Positions 1 to 6,688 of a stretch of DNA of 42,195 bases are shown here, piece by piece (position 1 is the stretch's first letter; each line of letters begins with the position of its first letter). The DNA comes from Clostridia bacterium (GTDB lineage Bacteria; Bacillota; Clostridia; Oscillospirales; CAG-272): the NCBI GenBank assembly GCA_029010655.1, contig JAQXKW010000092.1:1-42195 (forward strand). The letters run 5' to 3'. Below the pieces are notes generated by a model, which saw only the letters and a program-made list of their open reading frames with translations, was not told the DNA's origin and searched no databases. The position numbers and the translations under genes were made by a program.

Positions 1-1
1 A

Positions 2-1546
2 TATGATTCATGGCTTTCCTGGGGCTCCGGCATTTGCGGCTCTCAATCAATGTATGACTATCAGACCGCAGGCGGCTCCAACCTTCTGACTCTTACAAGC
101 ACAGGCTACAAGGACTACACCGCATGTGAGCACACCTTTGCGGCTGCAAGCTGTATCGCTCCCGAAACCTGTACAAAGTGCGGCTATGAGAGAGGCTATG
201 AAACCGGACACAGCTTTGTTTGCACAAACGAAGTTCTTCCCTCCGGCGAAGCTGCGGGCTCTGTTGTTGCAACTTGCTCCGTTTGCGGAGAAGTAAAGAA
301 TCTTACCCTCCAAAACGACGGAACCGCTCCTTATTATACCTTCTATTCCACCGATGCAACCATATCCGAGCAGTTCAGCTCAGGCTGGACGGCAAACTGG
401 TATGACATCGTAGATGATTCCGAGGTTGAAGGCAGACAGGGCAATATGCTCTATTACAAGGATGCAAGCGGCAACCTTAAAGCAAAGACAGCCTTTGATA
501 CTTCTACCTTCGGATACTCCGTGGCAGACTGTGCTACCAGAGGCGACGGTCTGTTCTACGCAGACGGAAATTTGGCTACCATTGCCGATGATGTCGATAT
601 GACTCACCAGACCGGTACCTACTTTGATTGCAGCTCATTCCCCGCATCTGCATTTACCTATAAGTTGGATGTATATCCTACCGATTATACCTTCAAAGGC
701 AAAGACAAATATGTAAAGGGTCTTTACAACTGGTTCGGAAAGAAAGCGGCAGACTACATGGCAGGTCTGTTCGTATTCAACAGCGAAACCGATAATCCCA
801 TATACCTGTTCGCAATCGCTTCCACCGATCTTTGCCAAAGTCTCTATGATGACGTTGAGACGTTCAAGGCAAGATGCGAGGCATATAAGGAAGTAGACTA
901 CTCCGTAGTTGCAGCCAATGAGTGGCACGAGCACGTATTCCTTTATGACGACAATGCTCAGTATGCTTCTCTCTACTGGGACGGCGAGCTTATGGTATCC
1001 GCTCACAATCCTCAGTTCAAGTATATTAACGGCGGAAGCATGAACGCTATCTACCGCCGTATGAATATTCCCTTCTACGCTAAGGACATCGTTGTAGGCC
1101 GTACCGCTGTTGCTTCCCAGTTTGTGGGAGGAACAACCCCCGCAACTACCTACAAGGCTACAATTAACGGCGTTGAGTACGATTACGAGGCAGGAGCTAC
1201 CGTAACCGTTACCGCTTCCAACGGCGCGTTCTACCTTGACGGCGGCAGAGGACTCCGTTTCGCAGGCTGGACCGGCGATGTAGAGTTCGCTGATTCGGCA
1301 AGCACAGAAACCACGTTCGTAATGCCCGCAAATGACGTAACCGTAACAGAGAGCTACTTTATAGTAGGCGACCTGAACAACGACGGTAAGGTTAACGTAA
1401 CTGACGCTAATATTATCAAGAAGATGATCACAGGTTCCGCTGCACAGATAGGAGCTGCCGACATCAACAACGATACTAAGATTAACGCTCAGGACGCAAA
1501 CAACCTGAAAGCAATGGTGCTTGGTAAGTTCACACCTTCCAAGTAA
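2..1546 (+). CDS. Dockerin-containing secreted protein, 5' partial (unknown central domain, InlB-B/Listeria-Bacteroides-type repeat, C-terminal type I dockerin)
   Basis: The frame is open from nt 2 to the window edge. There is no signal peptide after the first ATG at 50, so the gene probably starts upstream. The C-terminus has two Ca-binding dockerin repeats (DLNNDGKVNVTDANIIKKMI and DINNDTKINAQDANNLKAMV). RFAGWTGD...TFVMPANDVTVT resembles the bacterial B-repeat. The N-terminal part carries CxxC pairs. Confidence 0.8.
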   Translation, partial: YDSWLSWGSGICGSQSMYDYQTAGGSNLLTLTSTGYKDYTACEHTFAAASCIAPETCTKCGYERGYETGHSFVCTNEVLPSGEAAGSVVATCSVCGEVKNLTLQNDGTAPYYTFYSTDATISEQFSSGWTANWYDIVDDSEVEGRQGNMLYYKDASGNLKAKTAFDTSTFGYSVADCATRGDGLFYADGNLATIADDVDMTHQTGTYFDCSSFPASAFTYKLDVYPTDYTFKGKDKYVKGLYNWFGKKAADYMAGLFVFNSETDNPIYLFAIASTDLCQSLYDDVETFKARCEAYKEVDYSVVAANEWHEHVFLYDDNAQYASLYWDGELMVSAHNPQFKYINGGSMNAIYRRMNIPFYAKDIVVGRTAVASQFVGGTTPATTYKATINGVEYDYEAGATVTVTASNGAFYLDGGRGLRFAGWTGDVEFADSASTETTFVMPANDVTVTESYFIVGDLNNDGKVNVTDANIIKKMITGSAAQIGAADINNDTKINAQDANNLKAMVLGKFTPSK

Positions 1547-1572
1547 TCGGTAAATTGCACTGATTAAAAACT

Positions 1573-1611
1573 CAGGGCGTCTTCCGCAAGGAAGACGCCC
1601 TGTTTGCGTTG
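1573..1611 (+). terminator. Rho-independent terminator of the dockerin gene
   Basis: A 13-bp perfect stem CAGGGCGTCTTCC/GGAAGACGCCCTG with loop GCAA is followed by TTTGCGTTGTT, 27 nt after the stop codon. Confidence 0.8.
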
Positions 1612-1640
1612 TTAAAGGAGCGATTGCGCCCTACGGCGGG

Positions 1641-1945
1641 CATTAACAGCGGCGAAGCCGCCCACATAAGCGGAGCACAGCTCCGCTTATGTCATTGCGA
1701 GGGCGGCGTAACGCCGTCCGTGGCAATCCTTACTTATGTTATTGCTCGTCTTGATGTAGGGGGCTTTTTGGTTTTCTCTTTCAATATTTCGGCATCATAA
1801 TGATGCCGAGGGGAGGGAGTGGAAATGCAAACAGCTTGCAGACGCCCCGACTAGTAAAACCGCAAGTAATGATTGCCACGACGGGCATTATGCCCGTCTC
1901 GCAATGACACCCCTGCGGGGTGTGGGCGGCTTCGCCGCTGAAAGC
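1641..1945. repeat. Composite inverted-repeat element, copy A (two 43-nt GTCATTGCGAG...GTGGCAATC units in inverted orientation at 1691-1733 and 1866-1908, plus extended arms)
   Basis: The core 1691-1908 is the reverse complement of 28446-28661, roughly 85% identical by hand alignment. Both arms extend outward through CAGCGGCGAAGCCGCCCACA plus a variable hairpin. The central perfect palindrome is TCGGCATCATAATGATGCCGA (1789-1809). Confidence 0.8.
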
Positions 1946-2035
1946 CTCCCTTTACACAAGGGAGGCAAGATTGCGGGAGCAAGACAGCGCCCTATCATCT
2001 GCGGTCGCATTTACACCGCAAAAACCATTTCTATA

Positions 2036-2085
2036 TAAAGTTTTTGGGGTCTCAGGGGGATTTTTTCAAAAATCCCCCTGAAAAA
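2036..2085. repeat. Palindromic module AAAGTTTTTGGGG-TCAGGGGGATTTTTTCAAAAATCCCCCTGA
   Basis: A near-identical module occurs at 28764-28808 in the same orientation. A related palindrome with the same TTTTTTCAAAAA centre is at 22396-22426. Confidence 0.75.
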
Positions 2086-2089
2086 CTCG

Positions 2090-2138
2090 CAAAAAAGGGC
2101 TGTCGCCAATCGTAAATGCGATTTGCGGCAGTCCCTTT
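2090..2138 (-). terminator. Rho-independent terminator of mltG
   Basis: Read on the minus strand: AAAGGGACTGCCGCAAATCG-CATTTA-CGATTGGCGACAGCCCTTTTTTG. This is a long imperfect stem followed by a T-run, immediately after the mltG stop. Confidence 0.7.
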
Positions 2139-2154
2139 CAGTTATAAAATTAAT

Positions 2155-3930
2155 TCAGTTTGTCTCGCCGTTTTTCATGCTTGCATTAATTGATTTTACA
2201 AGCTCAATATTTCTCTGATGCTCATCCCGGGACGAAGCGTAGTAAGCAACTCCGGTGTCGGCTGTTACGAAATAATAGTAGGAGGTGCTTGCAGGGTAAA
2301 GCGCGTATCTTATGGCGCTGGCACTGGGGTTTGTAATAGGACCGGGCATGAGACCTTCGTGCAGATAGGTGTTGTACGGGCTTTCATAGCTTAAATCCTC
2401 GGGGGAAACGGTGTTCGGCCTCTTTCCCGTTCCGATCTGAATAGCATATACAACGGTTGCATCACTTTCAAGACGGGGATAATTCCATGGGTTGTTCAGC
2501 CTGTTGTGGAAAACAGAGGAAACATACATGTAATCCGATGCGTTTCCCGCCTCCTTTTCAATCAGAGAAGCAATTGTCAGTATCTGGTCAACGGAATATC
2601 CCAGCTCTGCCGCCTTTGTTTTGTAGTCGGTAACAAACACCTCGTTGAAACGCTTTAACAGCTTGTTTATCACCATTTCCTCGCTGGAGGCATTGTAGAA
2701 TTCATAGGTGTCCGGGAACAAATACCCTTCAAGACGGTAGGATCTGCCCTCCTTTGTGCCCGATTGTTCCAGCTCGTCAATAAACCAGTAGTCAAAATCG
2801 TAATTGTTAATAACGTCAATATATTTGTCCCGCTCGCCGATACCGTTTGAAACCATCAAATCGATGATCTCGTCGCAGGAGTAGCCCTCGGGAATAGTTA
2901 TCCATGAGGTTCCCGTAGCCACATGCTCCTTGAAAGCATATCTCAGTTCGTCGTAGCTCATTGAGGGTGAAACGGTATAGCTTCCCGCAATGAAGGGACC
3001 TTCCTCATGCTTTATGGAGGCGTACAGCTTGAACATGGAGGGGTATTTGATTATTCCATCTCCGTAAAGTATTTCGGCAATATCGCCCACGGTTGCGTCC
3101 TCGGGAATTGTAACGTCAATCGCCACATCGCTTTTAACAAAGGCGAACACGTCGTTTCCGATTTTAATAACAAATATGGAAATAAATACTGCAACCACTA
3201 CCACCACAACCATGTAAATTATGGCTTTAATAATGCCGGACATCATAACGGCACCGCTGAGGGCGGAGGCACTTTTGTCAGCCTCAACCTTTCTCTCCCT
3301 GCGGGCGTTTTTCTTTGAAGAAAACAGGGAAACGCCCTTTTTCTTTTCCGCCGGAACGGGAAGTGACGCCGCATCGGACTTTCGTGTGGCCAGGTCCTGG
3401 GGAGCGGTATTTTGAGTCCGCCTTAAACCACGGGGGGCGGAGGGGACGGGCTCGGAGGGGGAGGAAGGCCGGGAGGGCTGGGCGGAACGCCTGATTTTCA
3501 CGGGGATTGCGTCGTCGTCTCCTGCATGCGGCACTTTGGGATTGCGGTGCGCGGCAGAGGCGGAGCCTCCCTGACCGCGGGCGGGGGGCGCTGAGGGCGC
3601 TCTGCGGCGGGCGGCGCTTTGGGGGACAGCCTCTCCCTGATTTACGCCTCCTGCGCTTCTTCTTTGAGAAGCGGGAGAGCTGTCAGCGGGACGGCGCACG
3701 GCGTTCCCGCCTGCTGACCCTGCGGCGGCACCTTTGGCGGCGCCTGCGGCATTTCCGCTTCCACTTGCCCTTACGGCATTTCCGCCTGCACCTACGGCAT
3801 TCCCGCCGGCGGCAGGACGCTGTCGAGGGGGAGCGGCTCTTTTGCTTTGAATCAGCTTTTCATTATCTTCCCCGATTGGGGACAGGTCTTCGTTTTTAAT
3901 ATCAAACTTTTTTTCGGGATTATCATTCAT
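2155..3930 (-). CDS. mltG: Endolytic murein transglycosylase MltG (YceG-like) with a long disordered N-terminal tail and one TM helix
   Basis: The C-terminal ~330 aa have YceG-family hallmarks (ASLIEKEAG, FHNRL, TYEFY, YNTY..GL.PGPI.NP). The N-terminal ~230 aa are an Ala/Gly/Pro/Arg/Ser-rich low-complexity region, followed by the TM segment IIKAIIYMVVVVVVAVFISIFVI. Confidence 0.85.
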   Translation of the reverse strand: MNDNPEKKFDIKNEDLSPIGEDNEKLIQSKRAAPPRQRPAAGGNAVGAGGNAVRASGSGNAAGAAKGAAAGSAGGNAVRRPADSSPASQRRSAGGVNQGEAVPQSAARRRAPSAPPARGQGGSASAAHRNPKVPHAGDDDAIPVKIRRSAQPSRPSSPSEPVPSAPRGLRRTQNTAPQDLATRKSDAASLPVPAEKKKGVSLFSSKKNARRERKVEADKSASALSGAVMMSGIIKAIIYMVVVVVVAVFISIFVIKIGNDVFAFVKSDVAIDVTIPEDATVGDIAEILYGDGIIKYPSMFKLYASIKHEEGPFIAGSYTVSPSMSYDELRYAFKEHVATGTSWITIPEGYSCDEIIDLMVSNGIGERDKYIDVINNYDFDYWFIDELEQSGTKEGRSYRLEGYLFPDTYEFYNASSEEMVINKLLKRFNEVFVTDYKTKAAELGYSVDQILTIASLIEKEAGNASDYMYVSSVFHNRLNNPWNYPRLESDATVVYAIQIGTGKRPNTVSPEDLSYESPYNTYLHEGLMPGPITNPSASAIRYALYPASTSYYYFVTADTGVAYYASSRDEHQRNIELVKSINASMKNGETN

Positions 3931-3960
3931 AAGGACAAAAGCTCTCTTTCCTGTAAAGAA

Positions 3961-4878
3961 TCAGAAGAAAAACGCAACGGCAAAGAAGAATACAAGGAGC
4001 AAAAGGAACGAGGGAGAAAGCAGAGCCGCCAAAAATGCGGGCGGATCGCCTTTCTTTTCCTTTCGGCGCAGGGGAGACGGGACATTTGCCTCCCCCATGA
4101 GCCGATACAGTCTTTCCGCTCTTCCGAAAAACAGTATGGCGGAAATAAGCAGTACCGTGACGACTATAAAGGTGAGAAGTATCATTCCTCCGCTTTGCTT
4201 TGCGGCAATTTTATAAATATATTTTTCAAAATAAAGGGAAAACACGTTGTATGCCGAGTGTATTACCGCTGTAGTAATTACGGAGCCTGTGGCGCCCACG
4301 GTCAGCGCAAGAATAATTCCCGTAAAAAGGTATATGGGAAGCCTGACGGGAGTGAAATGGGAAAAGGCGAACAAAAGAGACGAGAAAATCACGGCAACTC
4401 CCGCACCGTAGGGGGTGTATTCCGTAAGAATAATTCCCCGAAACACGAATTCCTCGAGAATTGCAGGGAGAATTCCGAAGGCGAGCGCCGTATAAACCGT
4501 GTCCGCCGTCCCCGTCATTTCAACAGAGCCCATAAGACCGGCAGAGGCGGAGGCGGCAAAGCTTTCCGGAAAGAGCCGGTACATAAGAAGGCTGAGGGCA
4601 ATCCCTGCGCAAATCATGAGAAGAAGCGCATAGAACGCAAGAGATATATGACGTACTCTTATTATTTTAAGATTGAGCCTGCCGTTATATTCGTTTCCCC
4701 TGAGAATACAGAAGAAAACGGCAGGAAGTCCCATACAGGCAATTTCGATAGCCATAACCGTAAGATAGGGACTGAAGCCGCCGGATATTTTTGAAATATC
4801 CAGGTAATTTGCCGCCGTTATCAGCGCAGAAATAATAATTATCAGCGCAGGGGCGGCGTGAACGCCTTTAATTTTCAT
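3961..4878 (-). CDS. CPBP (CAAX) family intramembrane glutamic endopeptidase
   Basis: Polytopic membrane protein with the EEFVFRG (EExxxR), FSHF (FxxxH) and HSAYN (HxxxN) motifs. Confidence 0.75.
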   Translation of the reverse strand: MKIKGVHAAPALIIIISALITAANYLDISKISGGFSPYLTVMAIEIACMGLPAVFFCILRGNEYNGRLNLKIIRVRHISLAFYALLLMICAGIALSLLMYRLFPESFAASASAGLMGSVEMTGTADTVYTALAFGILPAILEEFVFRGIILTEYTPYGAGVAVIFSSLLFAFSHFTPVRLPIYLFTGIILALTVGATGSVITTAVIHSAYNVFSLYFEKYIYKIAAKQSGGMILLTFIVVTVLLISAILFFGRAERLYRLMGEANVPSPLRRKEKKGDPPAFLAALLSPSFLLLLVFFFAVAFFF

Positions 4879-5470
4879 TTTGAACTCTTATGTTTCTAAC
4901 ATTTTTTTCGGTAAGCAGAATATCCATTTTAACATCAAACCTGCCCCTGGGAACGGAGGGCACGATGAAATCCGTGTAAATCACGCCGATGCGGCTTCCG
5001 GGAAAGGAGGACAAAAATCTGTCATAGTAGCCTTTTCCGTAGCCCAGCCTGAAGCCTTCTCTGTCGAAAAGCAGACCGGGAACAAAGCACACCGCATTCC
5101 CCGGAGGGGATTTTGCCGGAAATACGGGGGCGGAGGGCAGAGGCTCTCTGATTCCGTAGGCATCGGGCACCAGCTCCTCGGGGGAGGAAACTATGTGGTA
5201 TGTCATGGTGCAGTTTTCCGTGTTGCACCTGGGATAGACAATTTTTTTGCCCTTCGCCAGCGCCGCATAGGCTATCTCCGTTACAGATATTTCGTCCGGC
5301 ATGGCGTCGTACAAAAGCACATATTCCGCATACCGAAAGCTTGCCAGCGACTGTGCATAGCGGCAGATTTCACGGTCCCGCCGCAGTTTTTCCTCTTCGG
5401 GAATACTGCGCCTTTTCGCCTTGTATTCCCTGCGGAGCTCGTCTTTTCTCTGCTTTACGGGAGGAATCAT
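4868..5470 (-). CDS. 5-formyltetrahydrofolate cyclo-ligase
   Basis: About 200 aa, with the C-terminal family motif GFRLGYGKGYYDRFL and YGIREP. Its ends overlap both neighbours, consistent with an operon. Confidence 0.8.
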   Translation of the reverse strand: MIPPVKQRKDELRREYKAKRRSIPEEEKLRRDREICRYAQSLASFRYAEYVLLYDAMPDEISVTEIAYAALAKGKKIVYPRCNTENCTMTYHIVSSPEELVPDAYGIREPLPSAPVFPAKSPPGNAVCFVPGLLFDREGFRLGYGKGYYDRFLSSFPGSRIGVIYTDFIVPSVPRGRFDVKMDILLTEKNVRNIRVQNEN

Positions 5471-6003
5471 GCCAGTATGGCGGAGCGCACCTTTTCGGAG
5501 GCCTCCGAGCCTTTCAGCGCACGAACCAGCTCAAGCGCAAATTCAACGGCGGAGCCCATGGCTCTACCGCAGATAATTTTTCCGTCAACAGTGACGCCGC
5601 AATTTTCAATTTCGGCGCCCAGAAGCTTATCCTCAAAGCCGGGGTAGCAGGTGGCTTTTTTCCCCACGAGAAGGGAGCGCTTTCCCAGAATCGACGGTGC
5701 GGCGCATATTGCCGCAATATAGGCTCCCTGCTTTTCCGCCTTTGTGATAAAGGCGTGTACCGTGTCGGAAGCGTCCAGATTAAGCGTTCCGGGCATGCCC
5801 CCGGGGAGAAGTGCCATTTCAATATCCTTAGGCAGTACGTCCGTGTCCTTTACATCTGCCTTAACGGTGATTGAGTGAGCGCCCGTAATATATTCGCCGC
5901 CCACACCTACCGTGGTCACTTCAACGCCTGCACGGCGGAGAATGTCAACGGGGGTCAGGGCTTCGATTTCTTCAAAGCCTTCGGCTAAAAAAACATATAC
6001 CAT
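5467..6003 (-). CDS. DJ-1/PfpI (ThiJ/YajL-like) family protein
   Basis: 178 aa, with EGFEEIE near the N-terminus and the nucleophile-elbow motif AAICAAP. Confidence 0.8.
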   Translation of the reverse strand: MVYVFLAEGFEEIEALTPVDILRRAGVEVTTVGVGGEYITGAHSITVKADVKDTDVLPKDIEMALLPGGMPGTLNLDASDTVHAFITKAEKQGAYIAAICAAPSILGKRSLLVGKKATCYPGFEDKLLGAEIENCGVTVDGKIICGRAMGSAVEFALELVRALKGSEASEKVRSAILA

Positions 6004-6018
6004 ATAAAACCTCTGAAA

Positions 6019-6675
6019 TTATATATTCAGCGAAGTCTTTATCATATTAAAGATTTCGCTTCTTTCAAGCATTTTTCCGTTTGGAGCACATTCGATTTTG
6101 TTCCAGCCGCACTTTTCGGCGGCAAAAGTCGCCGCCTTGTATGAGCGGAGAAGATATTCTGCGTCCTTTTCGTGAATATCCATTTTCTGCCCGGTTTCGG
6201 CACTTCTTGACTTAACATTTCCGGCGGAAAGGGAAGGGTCCATGGAAAGAAGAATTACGCTGTCGGGACGGGGGAGACCCAGCTTTGTAAATTCAAAGTC
6301 GAAAATCCAGCCGAGAAAACCGTCCCACTTATCCTCGGGGAGCTTTGAAAGCTGATGATAAGCGTTTGATGTGGTGTATCGGGTGGCCAACACGGTGCAG
6401 TCCGGGTCCTCGTAGTCACGCTTCCAGTCGGAAACATAGCTTACGTACCTGTCTGCGGCGAAAAAGCAGGAGGCGGCGTAGCCGTTTGTGTCGTCGGGGT
6501 CGTTTCCTAACTCCCCTCCCAAATACATCTCCACCAGAGAACAGCTTTTTTCGCCGTATCTGGGGAAGCTCAGCTCACGGACCTTTCCCTTTTTCCTCAG
6601 ATAGTCCGCCAAAAGCGCCGTCTGAGTAGTCTTTCCGCTTCCGTCAAGACCTTCTATTACGATAAATTTTCCCAT
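6019..6675 (-). CDS. tmk: Thymidylate (dTMP) kinase family protein
   Basis: P-loop IVIEGLDGSGKTT, a DRY motif (AADRYVS), and a ~218-aa length typical of the family. Confidence 0.65.
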   Translation of the reverse strand: MGKFIVIEGLDGSGKTTQTALLADYLRKKGKVRELSFPRYGEKSCSLVEMYLGGELGNDPDDTNGYAASCFFAADRYVSYVSDWKRDYEDPDCTVLATRYTTSNAYHQLSKLPEDKWDGFLGWIFDFEFTKLGLPRPDSVILLSMDPSLSAGNVKSRSAETGQKMDIHEKDAEYLLRSYKAATFAAEKCGWNKIECAPNGKMLERSEIFNMIKTSLNI

Positions 6676-6688
6676 AAGAAATTATTCC

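Noticed and set aside
1609-1800. Small ORFs inside the repeat-rich intergenic regions (1609-1800, 28109-28366, 28294-28491, 28598-28831, 28771-29007)
   Set aside because: They are read-throughs of palindromic repeats. For example, both arms of the 28-nt inverted repeat translate to NGGSKPPPY in two different ORFs on opposite strands. None has an RBS.
1547-2154. Self-cleaving ribozymes (hammerhead CUGAUGA...GAAA, twister-like cores) or tRNA, tmRNA or RNase P genes in the large noncoding regions
   Set aside because: I found no hammerhead core with flanking helices, no tRNA cloverleaf with T-loop GTTCRANYC, and no other recognisable RNA gene signature by eye. A covariance-model scan is still needed.
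3847-5874. Plus-strand ORFs 3847-4794, 4880-5647 and 5200-5874
   Set aside because: All three are antisense to the CPBP protease, 5-FCL and DJ-1 genes, which carry clear family motifs. Their translations are Arg/Gly/Lys-rich nonsense.
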